Source: Ylistrum balloti
Lineage: Eukaryota
Length of the DNA: 64,000 bases
NCBI RefSeq assembly: GCF_031769215.1
Contig: NW_026782491.1
Span: 270,882-334,881, forward strand
Reading direction: 5' to 3'
Part shown: one piece after another, positions 26,717-40,329 of the stretch
Position numbering within the stretch: position 1 is the stretch's first letter
Layout: every line of letters begins with the position of its first letter
The notes under the pieces: generated by a model
Told to the model about the DNA's origin: nothing
Databases searched by the model: none
What the model saw: the letters and a program-made list of their open reading frames with translations, nothing else
Made by a program: the position numbers and the translations under genes

Positions 26717-28607
26717 TAGACAAAATATATCAATGACTTGATAGCACAACCATTTAGAATGCTTTGGTACCAACATATGAAATAATTTTATTGTGTATTT
26801 TATCGCGACTCTCGCTTTATTGGTAATCTGAATCGCATGTACATTCTTGTTGGGGTAGTTTTGTTTGACGTCATTAACTCTATCATGGCTATATTTAAAC
26901 ATGGGTATGTCCCAAGTTCGCATTAACTACACACAAACATTTTGAGTGACAGGTAAGCATTTACAGTGATTTCGAAGTAGTTGTGCAATGTCCTAGTGGT
27001 GTATAATACATTTACCTCAGATGTAAAAGGTTGAGTGCTGACAAAGCATGTTCATGTCAGCACAATTTATCCTTTAAAACCAAGTCTTTTTCCAAAATTA
27101 AAGTCAGTACAATATAGGGACATGTGCTGAAGTACAACATGCCTTGATTGAAGACATCACTATCTGCTTTCCCTAGACTTTCTTTAGTCTTACTGTTGGT
27201 GCTGATTATTTTTTGGCTGGTCACTGGTATATTGTAAGTAAGATTTAATTTTCAGTCAATGTCATGTTCATTTTAAATTGTGCAAAAGGACACACTGGTT
27301 TAGAGAGGATTTTAAGACTTAGCAGTTATAGTGTTAATAGTATTGTAGTATTTTAAGGCATTGGGTTATAATGTCCTTATTCTAAACCATGCTCTTCTTC
27401 TCATTCTTAACCACTTTAGAAAGTCTGGCAATGCATATTTCATAGTGTGTAATAACCCAGATACCTGCATATTATTCTTAATGATGATTCAGTCTGAGCT
27501 TTAATGTTGTTTGTGTGATTGTATCTGAAGGAAGAATGAGAGGTAATTGCCAAAAGTGTGTCTAGTGCACTGCTATATGATATGATATATACTCTAGTAA
27601 TGCACAGTTAAATTGTGTTAATTAGATGTCAGGTAATTTATAGCAATTAATCCAGTATAAATAAACATAAGGAAATTATATAATTAATATCCAAACTCCA
27701 GTATATTAGACCCCAGGAAGATATAGCAGCTAATATATTGTCTTTTCAACTGGAAAAGAGGAAACATTTGCTAGAAAATATTTCATTGTATACAAAAAAT
27801 CAATATATTGAAAGTAATTATTACCATGCTTATTACAGTACAATTGTAGATTAGTTTGTATATAAATGGATATTGCTATTTAAAAGCACAAGGAAGTATT
27901 TTATATGTAATTAATAGGGCCTATTTATTTGTACACGGTTGTTATCAATTTCCTTATACACATATTTATGTAATACAAAACATCCTGCATTGACAAGATT
28001 TCAATTCCTTGTGATGTTATCAGATAACAGGTTGTAATTTTCTCAAGTGTAATGTATTTAGGATGAGAAAGTTTTTCCTTATGTAACTTACTTAGCTTTT
28101 ACAGGATAATTTTCTATACTTTTCTTCCTTTCTTTTTTGGTCATTTTTGGGATGTTAATATGTAACATGTCTGAATTCAGATTTTATCAGACTGGTAAAT
28201 GTGGTCGGACAGGTGTGACAGTTTTCATTCACGTAGACTAAGTAGGAAGGTAATTCATGCACTTTATCCAGTGAAATTTGTTACAGCATGTGAAACCAAA
28301 TGCAAATGGAAATTCAAACATTTATGAAAGTTTGACCTGCCCCTATTAACATCTTGAAAAAATGGAGACAGAAAACACTCCTACACATAATGTTTAATTA
28401 AATTTAACTTTAGTTAGAAGTTACTATGCCACAGTAGTTTTTGCTCATGTGGAACTTGAGTTTTTGATTTCATAAGATTTTAATGTCAAATGCTGGAAGT
28501 TTTGTCAGGAGTAAAAAGTTGTGCATTACGAGTGGTAAATGATAAACCCTATCATGTATATTTAACTGATGTATTACAGAAAAGCCCTGGATAAGAATTT
28601 ATGAAAC

Positions 28608-28960
28608 AAAGTGGTCTTAGCCAAATACTGACATTCAGAAAGTGGCCTTAGCCAAATACTGACATTCAGAAAGTGGCCTTAGCCAAATACTGACATTCAG
28701 AGAGTGGCCTTAGCCAAATACTGACATTCAGAGAGTGGCCTTAGCCAAATACTGACATTCAGAGAGTGGCCTTAGCCAAATACTGACATTCAGCGAGTGG
28801 CCTTAGCCAAATACTGACATTCAGAGAGTGGCCTTAGCCAAATACTGACATTCAGAGAGTGGCATTAGCCAAATACTGACATTCAGCGAGTGGCCTTAGC
28901 CAAATACTGACATTCAGAGAGTGGCCTTAGCCAAATACTGACATTCAGAAAGTGGCCTTA
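28608..28960. repeat. Tandem minisatellite, 31-bp unit (AGTGGCCTTAGCCAAATACTGACATTCAGAG), ~11 copies, inside the presumed MVP intron 1
   Basis: GTGGCC recurs at 28611 and 28642, a spacing of 31 bp. Copies are >95% identical, with A/G and C/A variants at fixed positions. Confidence 0.9.
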
Positions 28961-30721
28961 GCCACATGCCAAGTGACCAAATAATCTTTGATTATTTGGA
29001 TTTGCTTATTAATTACATGACAGACAAAATAGCATTTGTTGGCAGAGCAGGGAAAAAAATAAAAAAAACCATTATGTATTGGCCAATCACCAGATAATAT
29101 TTCATCTGATGAAATACATAGTGCCATTTTAAGACAAACCTTTTAATTGAATGTGAATAACATGTTAATGTAAAAAACGTTTTTGTCTACTATTAGGAGA
29201 AAGAGTGTGGTGGTAATACATAACAATAGTGAGATTCATTCTTGCTTCGTCATCAACATTTATTGGCAATCACTTTACCTATCACAGTATCAGGGTAACC
29301 TGTATGTAGTGTACTTAGTATTTAATCTGAATTACCTGAACAAGTTGGCACAAATCCAGGTGTGTTATTTATCTGGATATGAGCTGGCCATGGATATTTA
29401 ATTTCTTCTGTACTTTACGTTCAGCTTACAATAATAGACTACGTAGCTAGTGTGAGCTATATGTTAGCTAATTTAAAAACTTGAAAGAGTTTATTTTTGT
29501 CCTGACGTCACTAGTATGTAATCTTGTCTTTTGGTCTGAATTATTCTGTTTCATATGTTATCTATGTATAAATATAGATTTAAAACGAAAATTTCAAAAC
29601 CAAACCATGTATAATCTTTTAACTGGTGTGAAAACCAATAGTTCACGTGAAATTTGGGTCAGTGATACCTAATTCTGTAGTCTAGAATATATTGATTGCT
29701 GTAGAACCTTGGCCTATTTTACAATAGTGTATGCAGTATTATATCAACAAGACAAGCTTTTATGACTGATCAAACATTTAATTAGTGAGACATTCAGTGA
29801 GATATTGGAACAAGAAAAAACTAGTCAGATATGGTGGTTAAAAAACAGAGAGACTTTTTAGGCATGCTCATAAGGCCCTGCTAGTTAAGCTGGTATTTTC
29901 TCAAGATGTTCTTTGATATGTTTGAAATCATGCTTGACTTTGTTAGAGTTAAAGAAAATCTTTCATATCATAATTAAATGCTATGATCATGTAATATTGT
30001 ATAGTGTACTGGTAAGAAACAGATTTGTAAAGACTGCACAACTATAGGGTGTGACAAATTTCAATATGTTTGCCTGGTGCCAATATGTCTATTTTTGAGG
30101 GAATAATATTTCTGCGAGTATTGAATGTATTAGATGTAATTATGAAACAACAAAAATTAAAGATAATTTTTTTGTGAGTTTTTACACAGGTTTGATGGAT
30201 ACAAGGAAGTGTTTTCAATTTATAAGGCTGATTTACGTTATTTAGATTACAAGAGTTGTATCCCCTTTATTATAGTTGACAACTCAATTTCATAGACACC
30301 AACAATGTACTGAAATAATGACTTCCTCCAATTGTCTTCACCATTAAAATTTCTAAAATTACAAAAAAATTTAACTACTGCAGATTCAACCCGCAATAAA
30401 AGTTATTTTGGCAAAGTGCATAAAACAATGCAGAATATTCATTATTTTGCATGGTAGCCAATCAGATTGTCTATTTGATGTAACTAAGTCCAAGGCATAT
30501 TTTTATAGATGGGATTCTTTTTCAGTATTTGATAAAATTTTTGAGGAATAAAATACTATTACTTTTTTAATAATTTCTATTCGGGTGATAAATAAGAGTG
30601 ATGGTAAATTTTGATCAGTGTTTTTAGTATATACAGTCAGAGAATCCATCATAAAATAAGTTCCAGGTAATCTTACAATAACTGATGAAAATACCATTTC
30701 TGTTACAGATAACTGATCATA

Positions 30722-30864
30722 ATGTCCGTCTCACGTCGTGGAGGGGAGGAGCTGTCCCTATTCAGGATTCCTCCCTACTTTTACCTTCATGTCCTTGACC
30801 AGAATCTTAATGTGACCCGTCTGGAGATTGGTCCCCAGACATACATCCGACAGGATAATGAGAG
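30722..30864 (+). CDS. MVP: MVP (major vault protein) coding exon 1: [47 protein letters not shown](R). It ends in phase 2 at the donor AG|GTGAGA.
   Basis: Translation aligns with the human MVP N-terminus (…[35 protein letters not shown]…). ATG at 30722. The split Arg codon AG|A is completed by exon 2. Confidence 0.9.
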
Positions 30865-31367
30865 GTGAGACTCAGTACTTAGCACACAGGATAAGGGGGT
30901 TATAATGACAATGAACTTCACTGGTCAGGGGTTTAATCAATTAATTTAAGAAATTTGAAGGAAAATTGTTAACTCCTGTAATATTAAATGGTTTGATGTT
31001 GTCTCACAAAATAAATTATGATCTTTATATAGATATCTGATATAAAAGACCATTAAAACATTAAAAAGAAACTCCATTTGAGTGAAAGATTTTCTTTGAT
31101 AAATTAATGACTAATTCGTAATGGAGTCAGTGCTTACTAACCAAAAAAATGATATGAAAAACCCCTGCTTGTTTTTCTTATGTTTATTTCCTTTTTGTGA
31201 CAGTTGTGGCTGATTTTCTAGGGATAATTAAGAAAATTAAGTGACATAGATAAGAATATTAGTTTGGGGTAAATCATTTTAGTCGTGTTTTTGTTCGTTT
31301 TTCTGTAAAACTGTTGAACCTTTGTTATGATTGAACTGGAAGTGTATACGATGATGTTTGTTTACAG

Positions 31368-31563
31368 AGTTGTGTTTGGCCCTGAAAAGATGATCACAGT
31401 GCCTCCAAGGCATTACTGTGTCATCGAGAACCCCCATGTCCGAGACAAGGACAATAAGGTTGTGCTGGACAACAGCGGTCAAGCCAAACTCCTCCATGCT
31501 GACCAGGAGATCCGTTTAGCACAGGACCCTTTCCCTCTATACCCAGGCGAGGTCTTGAAACAG
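31368..31563 (+). CDS. MVP: MVP exon 2: (R)[65 protein letters not shown]
   Basis: Acceptor gtttgtttacag at 31367. Donor CAG|GTAAAA at 31564. It matches the human …[10 protein letters not shown]…[19 protein letters not shown] segment. Frame agrees with the ORF track. Confidence 0.9.
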
Positions 31564-31715
31564 GTAAAAAAAGTCATGATTATACAACTTGTTTAGAGCA
31601 TACTCTGTAATTCAAGTTATGCATGCTTTTATATATTATGTACTGGGGAATAGTGAATGTGAAAAATGTAATGACTATAAGTTTTGTATTTTAATGTAAA
31701 AATTTATTTCTCAAG

Positions 31716-32060
31716 GTTGTGACACCCCTGAAAGTTGTAAATGCCAACTCTGCTCTGCGCTTGAGAGCAATTCTTGACTTTGAAGAAGATATCAAGCGAA
31801 CAGCTGGCGATGAGTGGCTGTTTGAGGGACCCGGGACCTATATCCCACGCAAGGAGGTGGTGATTGATGAGACAATTCGTGCCACAGTAATCCGTCCTAA
31901 TCAGGCTATTCGTCTTCGGGCACGTAAGGAAACAATTGACCGACAGGGCTCTCCCCGAGTGACTGGTGAGGAATGGCTGGTTAAAAAGACTGGAGCTTAT
32001 CTCCCTGGGGCATACGAGGAGGTGGTTGATATTGTCAATGCTTTCGTCCTCACAGACAAG
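31716..32060 (+). CDS. MVP: MVP exon 3: [25 protein letters not shown]…[18 protein letters not shown]…[34 protein letters not shown] (115 codons, phase 0 at both ends)
   Basis: Acceptor tttatttctcaag|. Donor AAG|GTATGA at 32061. It carries the MVP vault-repeat signature [18 protein letters not shown] and the second repeat TGEEWLV. Confidence 0.9.
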
Positions 32061-32571
32061 GTATGATAAGAATTTGTTTAGGACTAAGTAGAATGGGTAG
32101 TTTTTGAACGTAGTCTCTGTTAATAGCTAGTAGACTCTAATGTTGATGTCTATATGAATAGATTGATCTCTACACATATTCTGTTGTTAGGGTGATGGGA
32201 CTACATGGTAAAATTTAATATTAGGATTTATTTTTCAGTGATTCATTTTTTTCACCAGTTCAACCTATTATATAAGAAAATATATTTTTCTATTGACAAA
32301 TGTATTTAACCAGTAGGGAATGAATATCTTCCTGGAAGAATATAAGTTTCCTATATGAAAAGCATCACATCTTCATCAGAAATGCTATAATACAATATAT
32401 TGATGGCATATGTAGAAAAAAATATTTTTTTACTTGTTTTAAAAAAAAAAATTAAATCTGTAATTAATTCAGTTTCTACTGTTGGCGATGTGATATGATA
32501 TTTTGTTGAAGCTGTAATCAACTGTATATTCTAATTCAGTAAATCATAAACTTGTTTTGTTGTATTTATAG

Positions 32572-32697
32572 AAAGCTCTTCACATGAGGTCCCTTAGAAC
32601 ATTTAAGGATGACTTTGGTGTGGTGAGGAAGAATGGAGAGGAATGGCTTATAACGATGACGGAGACAGAAACACATATCCCCAATGTTTACGAGGAG
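32572..32697 (+). CDS. MVP: MVP exon 4: [42 protein letters not shown] (42 codons)
   Basis: Acceptor ttgtatttatag|. Donor GAG|GTCAGT at 32698. It matches human …[42 protein letters not shown]. Confidence 0.85.
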
Positions 32698-32856
32698 GTC
32701 AGTATCAAAATCTTAAACATAATTGTCAGGATGAATCATTGCTTGTTATTATTAGTGTTTTTAGTGAACATTTCCAGAAATGTATAATAAGATTTTTTTT
32801 GTATTTTATATTGTAATATTGATTTGTAAGAAAATTAACTGTTTCTTTGGTAACAG

Positions 32857-32967
32857 GTTGTGGGTGTGGTCTCCATCACGACCTTGACTTCTCGTCAGTA
32901 TTGTGTTATCTTGGATCCTTGTGATGAATCTGGGCGACCACAACTTGGACGCAAGAAGCTGGTCAAG
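32857..32967 (+). CDS. MVP: MVP exon 5: [37 protein letters not shown] (37 codons)
   Basis: Acceptor ctttggtaacag|. Donor AAG|GTTAGT at 32968. It matches human [37 protein letters not shown]. Confidence 0.85.
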
Positions 32968-33424
32968 GTTAGTGGTTAAGGTCATGGACATTGTCTAGTC
33001 ATCATGGGATTTGAACGAAAATAGAATGTAAAATACAATGTATGATAGCTGTGAGGATTTTTTTTTCTGTCAAAAAAATGGCGTTATGATTCCAAATTGT
33101 CTGCAGCATTTAATCATATTTTATAAAACAAATTTTTGTCAAAGTTTTCTGAACCATAACAATCTTAAAACAGGATCATTTTAGACCAAAAAGAATAAAG
33201 GACAAAAAATTGTGTTTGAATTATCAAAGTAAGCTTAAGGTTCAATATACAAACAAAACAAATCTATACAAACAAAACAAATCCTTTAAGTTTATTTATA
33301 TTTGAGCATAGAATTGAAAAAAAAAAGAAAATAAACTTCTTTGTTGAATTTTGATGATTAAGCCAGGACAATTGACATAATTTTTCATTTGTTCATGTTC
33401 TTAAAATTTTGATTGCCAATTTAG

Positions 33425-33700
33425 GGAGAGAAATCCTTCTTCCTTCTTCCTGGTGAGCGACTGGAGCGAGGCATACAGAACATATATGTCCTTGGTGAGG
33501 AGGAAGGTCTTATTCTCAAGGCCACAGAAACATTCAAGGATGAAGATGCCGAAGAAGACCGTCGTCCCGGAGACCGATGGATGATCCGTGGACCCAAGGA
33601 GTATGTACCACCAACTGAGGTAGAGGTTGTGCTCAAGAGACGTGCAATTCCATTAGATGAAAATGAGGGTATCTACGTCAGGGACATCAAATCTGGAAAG
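33425..33700 (+). CDS. MVP: MVP exon 6: [92 protein letters not shown] (92 codons)
   Basis: Acceptor ttgccaatttag|. Donor AAG|GTAATT at 33701. It is almost colinear with human [23 protein letters not shown]…[19 protein letters not shown]. Confidence 0.9.
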
Positions 33701-34153
33701 GTAATTGATCAAAATTGGGAATTTTTCTGCAGGTTTTTGGAGAAGATTAGGGAAAATGTCTTTACACAGATTATGTCTTGTCTGGTAAGCTAACAGATAA
33801 ATATTGGAGGGGCATAAGTGACTGGTGGGAATGATTCATCTGAAGTTGGTATTGAAGAGATATGTATATGTTTCCATTCTCAAGACCATGGGATCCATAT
33901 TTATCAAAGTAGTAATAGCTCAGGACATTCATACTTTGTCAGTTATTGATTTTGAAATCAGAGTTTTTGAAATTAGCTCACACAATTCAGTATGTTTTCT
34001 AGCATGGGCAAAATGTATTATGAAAACTCAAATTTTGGGTCTGATTTTATCAGTCACTTGAATAGAATACTTCAATTTGAAGGAGATTCATTCCTTTTAT
34101 TTGTATTTTAGGAAGTCTGTTAGTAAGAAACTGTTCGATTTGTCTTGTTTTAG

Positions 34154-34735
34154 GTTCGTGCCGTTACAGCTGAGACATATATGTTGAGTCATGATGAGGA
34201 ACTCTGGGAGAAGGAACTTCCTCCTGCAGTGGAGACACTCTTAGCCCAAGGCAAGGATCCTCTGGCTGATCGGGGTACAAGGGGACAAAGTACAGAGTCC
34301 TCAAAGGCTCGTGACAAAACTAGGGTTGTCACCTTCCGTGTACCACACAATGCAGCAGTACAGATTTATGATTACAAGGAGAAGAAAGCAAGGGTTGTGT
34401 TTGGACCAGAACTGGTCATGCTTGGTCCTGATGAACAATTTACACAGCTCAGTCTGTCTGGTGGCAAACCAAAGAAACCTAATTCTATTAAATCTCTCTG
34501 CCTCTTGCTCGGTCCAGACTTTATGACTGATATCATCGTTGTGGAAACAGCTGATCACGCTCGACTCAGCCTCCAGTTATCCTACAATTGGCACTTTGAG
34601 ATCAAGGACAAGTTGCAGGTTTCCGAATCCCACAAGATCTTCAGTGTACCTGATTTTGTTGGTGATGCCTGCAAAGCAATTGCATCCAGGGTGCGAGGAG
34701 CTGTGGCTCAAGTACAGTTTGATGACTTCCACAAG
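34154..34735 (+). CDS. MVP: MVP exon 7: [24 protein letters not shown]…[32 protein letters not shown]…[36 protein letters not shown]…[32 protein letters not shown] (194 codons)
   Basis: Acceptor tcttgttttag|. Donor AAG|GTGATT at 34736. Long blocks are identical to human MVP ([72 protein letters not shown]). Confidence 0.92.
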
Positions 34736-35381
34736 GTGATTATCAAGGACAGTTATTTTTGCTCGGATATAACAATGACTATTATTTGATGAACGTATGA
34801 AGAATTCTAATTTGACAAAGATATCATGGTTCATATTCTTAAATTAACTAACCATTAGAGAACTCATAGAAATGTTAAACTGAATTGAATTGACGACTAC
34901 TGGTAAAGTAAGATCTTCTGTTATGATGCCGACTTACTGTAAAATCATATATATTGATGAGGTTCAGTTATCATGCTTTTCCACAAAATTGTTATTTTGA
35001 GGATATTTGATTTCGTGGATAATCCACGAAATCAGTGAAAATAAATCCCTCACAGAAGTAAATGATTTCACAGTAATGGGCTTTAAAAATGGTCTTATCA
35101 ACAAATTACAATGATTTTACTGCCAATGTTTTAGCAACACTTCATGGGAGAAGTTGTATATTCTAAATTTTCTGGTGTCAAAATATAACATATATATATG
35201 TATAGTAGCTTTTGATAGATGTATATCATTCATTAATCTTTTTATCAATTAAAAATTGTCTTCATGTGAGTAAAACATTGTGTTGTATTTATCATAACTT
35301 GCTTTGATAAGTTAATATTTGTTCCATCTAATGAATGAATTAAGTATCTGTAATTAATTTATTTGTTTCATTTTCTTTTAG

Positions 35382-35837
35382 AACTCGGCCAGGATTATCC
35401 GATCTTCTGTTTTTGGTTTCGATGAGAAAGATAAAGTGCGGGACCAGTTTGTTTTTAATCAGAATTGTTTGATGATTACCAGCATTGATATCCAGTCAGT
35501 AGAACCAGTGGACCAGAGGACTCGAGATGCTCTCCAAAAATCTGTCCAGCTCGCCATCGAGATCACCACCAACTCCCAGGAGGCTACAGCTAGACACGAA
35601 GCTGAACGTCTCGAACAGGAAGCTAAGGGTCGCTTAGAGCGCCAAAAGATCAGTGACGAGGCTGAGGCTGAAAAGTCACGTAAGGAGCTGCTGGAACTGC
35701 AGGCCAACAGTGCAGCTGTGGAAAGTACTGGTCAGGCCAAGGCAGAAGCCCAGTCTCGTGCTGAGGCTTCAAGGATCGAAGGAGAGGCAGCTGTTGAGCA
35801 GGCAAAACTCAAGGCTATGGCTATGAAGATTGAAGCT
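35382..35837 (+). CDS. MVP: MVP exon 8: [13 protein letters not shown]…[57 protein letters not shown]…[21 protein letters not shown] (152 codons). This is the shoulder and start of the cap-helix region.
   Basis: Acceptor cattttcttttag|. Donor GCT|GTAAGT at 35838. It matches human NSARIIRTAVFGF…[56 protein letters not shown]. Confidence 0.92.
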
Positions 35838-36158
35838 GTAAGTGTTTATTGTGGTCAACAACTTGTCTTATCATAACTAAAGCATATAGTTTCACATGTT
35901 ACTTCTTTTGTAAAACAAGACATGATGTACATTCTAGCAGATATACATATTTACAAGCTGTTTTGGGGGAAAAAACACGAAAAAGGTTTACTTTTTTAAA
36001 GGTTCAGTTTTTGTATGCAATTCTTTATAGGTTAACTCATTACAGTCACATTAAGCATAAAATCTTCTTTTGTTTAGCTGCCTATAGCGAACAAAATTAT
36101 TCATAGATCAAGTAAATTTCATGCCAATCGCATTCACTTCTGTGTTTGTAATTTGTAG

Positions 36159-36503
36159 GAGTCTGATCTGGAAAGACTGACCAGTGCCAGGGAAGCAGAA
36201 TTGAAATATATTCGGGAGCAGAATGACATGGAACTCAACAAATCCAAGGAAATGTCCCTCATCGAAACTGAGAAGTTCAAGAACATGGTGGATGCTATCG
36301 GAGCTAGCACACTCCAGTCCATTGCAGTCTCTGGTCCAGAGATGCAGGTCAAGATGTTGACCGCTCTAGGGTTGAAGTCTACACTCATTACAGATGGCAG
36401 CAGTCCAATCAACCTTTTCAATACTGCCAACGGACTTGTTGGTGGCCAGCTGCTTCCTGCTAAAAGGCGTCATGCTCCAGGTGACTCTGATGAGGAGGAT
36501 TAA
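36159..36503 (+). CDS. MVP: MVP exon 9 (terminal): [21 protein letters not shown]…[72 protein letters not shown]. The stop TAA is at 36501-36503.
   Basis: Acceptor tgtaatttgtag|. The C-terminal coiled-coil/cap region matches human …[50 protein letters not shown]. The nine exons sum to 2580 nt, giving 859 aa. Poly(A) signal candidates downstream are ATTAAA at ~36771 and AATAAA at ~37633. Confidence 0.92.
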   Translation, partial: [114 protein letters not shown]

Positions 36504-39500
36504 AGGGCAGATAACTAAAAGAGTACTCTCCCTTTACACTGTTTGTTTTCTTGGCCAATTGTTATTGGTCATATTTCTGTTACACACTGCAATCAAAATT
36601 TGATGGTCGGATGAAACACATCTTCTGGTCATTGAAAACAAATTATTTATTATGGACAGACATTTCTACCCCAGACAACTTGGACCAAAATGAGAATGAG
36701 GTTTTAAAGGCATGGTTATGTGTTATAAGATATTTTGTAATAGTGAAGTTTCTGTGCAAGATTTCAGATTAAATTATCATAACCAAGTATGGTACATAAC
36801 AACCAATTAATGTTTAATTGACCAATATATATTCAATTGTGGTTAAAAAGTTAAATGCTTGTTATTTAGCAAAGAATTTTTTTGTACTTGTTCATGCATA
36901 ATTCATTGTATTCTGCCTTAAATCTTGTTTAAGAAAAAAAGTATCTCTTCCATTGCATGCAAATTGGTAAATTTCAACTCTGCATTTAAAACTTTCATTA
37001 TGAACATGACATCTGTGTTATTTTATTATATTATCATTCATATTTTTCATCTAGATTTCTATCTAAGTGTCAACTGGTATATTAAAGTTTATACAAGTGC
37101 AATTACAACTGTGAGATGAAAGCATGTGTGATGACCTAGACTTTAATTTGTATTCTTTGTTTGGACAAATGTGTTTGAAATAGATGCTTACACTTCAGCT
37201 GCACAACTTCAACATAAGTTGACAAACCACGAAAAAAACTAATATGATGTACACAGCAATATGAAATTCACCAATAGTCAACTCTTGTCATGTTTGTGCA
37301 GCTGTATAGTGAAATAGTGATAACCTAGTGTTTAATTGCATTTTCATTAATTAAGAAAAAAGTGCTTGGTACAGAACAAATATACATACCAAGTACTAGC
37401 TGGATTTTAAGGAGTCAGACTGCTTTCACATTGATATACTGTATTAATATTGTATGAATTTGTTTGGAGTATATTGTGAGTAGTGTCTGTAAAGACAGTG
37501 CTCACAGGTGTTTGTTGTTTTTTGTGGGTTGAAGTTATTTCTGTTTTATAACTAATTTTGTACCAATTTAGACTATTGTCCTTTCTCTGTGATAGACTCA
37601 GTGCACCTCTTTCTAACATAATATATATTCTAATAAAATATATATGTATAGTGACAATATTTAATTATGCAACATGTCTGTTTACAATCCGACGGCGAGT
37701 GAAATGGATATCATGTTGACAAATAGAATTTTGTTTTTGTGAATCTTATTAAAAACTTATATGAAATACCTTCTTCATTGTTTTTATAGAATGCCATTTG
37801 AAGATGGTAGTAGTTTTTTTCAGATTGTCTATTGTTTGTTGTCTTACTATTTGATGACAGATATTCAAGGCTTTTTTACTGGTTTCAGATGGGGCATTTT
37901 TACCTTATTTTAGAAGAAAATTTGTGAATTCGCAAGGAAATTTCGAATTTGGAGAATTTAGCTTGAATGTGGAGTAATTTCAACTGGGAATGAGGCCCAT
38001 TGTCAGCCCAAAAAGGATCTCAAAAAGTCCTAATATTTGTCCAAAAACTGTTTTGTACACAGGATTCCTTTGACTCCTGAAGAATAATGTCTACATTCCT
38101 ATCTTGTAAAATTTTACTAAACATCACAAGACAGGTTTATTTTTAACTTCTGATGGTAGTGAAGATTTGCCATGAAAAAAACCCCGCTGACATTGGAATA
38201 CAAATCAAATTTCAACCTCAGCTGTCATTTGAATAAAGGAAACTAAGTCGGTACTTATCCCTAAATGATAGGTCTAATGGGCCTGAATTGTTCACCTGTT
38301 CTGCAGCTTGAAAATGGTACTGTAAACCATATGATTCATGCAAGGTGCAATTTTACATACGTGAGTCATTCACCTGCGTAAAATTTACCCCATGTGGATG
38401 ATTTTGTGATTTACCTGTGTATGGTACATGTACTTGTGAAACGGGTATGTAAAATGAACATCGTAATTTATTAAAGATATGGATATCAAACCGCTGTGTA
38501 ACTGATATACCACAACTACACCCACTTATACTCTTATCAATATACATGTTATTATGAACACTATACAAATAAACATTGTGATAAGATCACTGAAGCTGAT
38601 AAATGAAAGTTAATAACCTGTGTACTCCCAAGTTTGTGTAGACAAAGTAACATCAGACAAAACATTTTATTAACATTATCATGGATGGTATAATAACAGG
38701 GTATTATAATTAGACACTAACTGATATGAAAGATGTTACACGATAGATATGGTCTATATATTTACCAGTGTGAATTGACCATATTAAACAATCCAGTCAC
38801 ACATGGGAAAACAACACGTCCATCAGAACCATGCAGATATACTTGAAACAAATACCCATGATTTGTGTTCCTGTTTTGTTGAAATCAAGAAAGCATCATG
38901 ATGGAGACATGGCCATAGGTCAGTTATAGAAGTCTGTGATGTACAGTGTGCAGATTGCCTGTTGAAATTGGGAAATCTATTCACACTTACAGTACTTAGT
39001 TCAAGAACTTCATTTCTGCACACTTGAAAGCCTGGTTCCCCAGCATACTATAGTATCACACCAATACCATGACCAAGGGCCTATTGTATCTTGAAAAGAA
39101 GAAGTTTGAACTTCTTAACACATTTGACCTCTGTGTCCTTGAAAAGTCAAGGTCATTTTTTTTAATCAACTTGGAAGCTCTTCACTCCAGTATGCTTATG
39201 GCTTAGTGTCACAACCCTTGGCTTCTTTTTTTATGCAGTTGTTTAAAAGATTTTGACCCATTTGAGTAGGTCAAGGTTATTCATATAAACAAACTTGTAA
39301 GCTCTTTATCTCCATCTTCTGCTGACTCATAGTCAGGACATTAGGGCCTGTTGGTTATTGAAAAGTTTTGTGAAGGGAAAAATTGACACAACAGACAACT
39401 CATCTTGGGAGAGGTTATATTTGCTGTTTGAGCTGATGAGCTAACAATCAGTTAAGGCTTCCATTATTCAACAGGAAATCATAATAAAAATATGTATTCA

Positions 39501-40329
39501 CCATTCAAACTCAACAGGTTTTAAACATACAAGATGACAAAAAACGTTTGAAATTCAGTCTTTATTTGTGAAAAATTATATTTGACATCAAATACCACTG
39601 CATGACCTATATTATCGTGACTATAACAATGAAAACAAAAATAATGGTATATGAACTGTGTTTGTATGGGAATGATGTAGTATACAAGGTTAGAGTTAGA
39701 ATATGTCGGTAAGAGAGGATTGGGAAACAAGCTTGGGATGAATTAATTGATTGGTTAAAGCTTTTCTGATAAAAAATTCCAAATGTGAAAATTTTTACGT
39801 TATTGGCATATGTAGTTTAATATATAAATAACCAACGATGACAGATCAGAACTTTGTACATCACTTTTGACCTGGTAAGGTGTACAAGTACAGTTGGGTA
39901 TCTGGATAATCAAGCTGTGGTGACCGATCTTCTGAGCTATAAAACTTCAGTTAAGTAAATTTTATGATTAATGAATTATATAAGAAGATAGGAATGTGGC
40001 AAATATTAATATATGTGGGACCAGAATGCATTCAAGCTTCATTTCAGAAAATAATTTTACAACTGTTAGAATAAATAGCAGTAACCACATGTTTGATCCC
40101 CGATTGAAACGGTGGATCACATAATACTGGTTCTATTACATATCTAATAGAAATTCTCTCTTAAAATATCTAAGGTAGGTATAATTTGCACTTCCAAATA
40201 GAATTTATTATTGTTTGGTTCCTTTTTCTCATTAAGGCCTCTCTGCATTTAGATTTTATATTGATTATCAGGAGGACTGAAAAATATTCATACTGTGCTT
40301 TGTGAAGACAGGACCTTTCATTCATTAAA

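Noticed and set aside
33421-34834. Minus-strand ORFs overlapping MVP exons 6-7
   Set aside because: They are antisense to well-supported MVP coding exons and have no splice or homology support.
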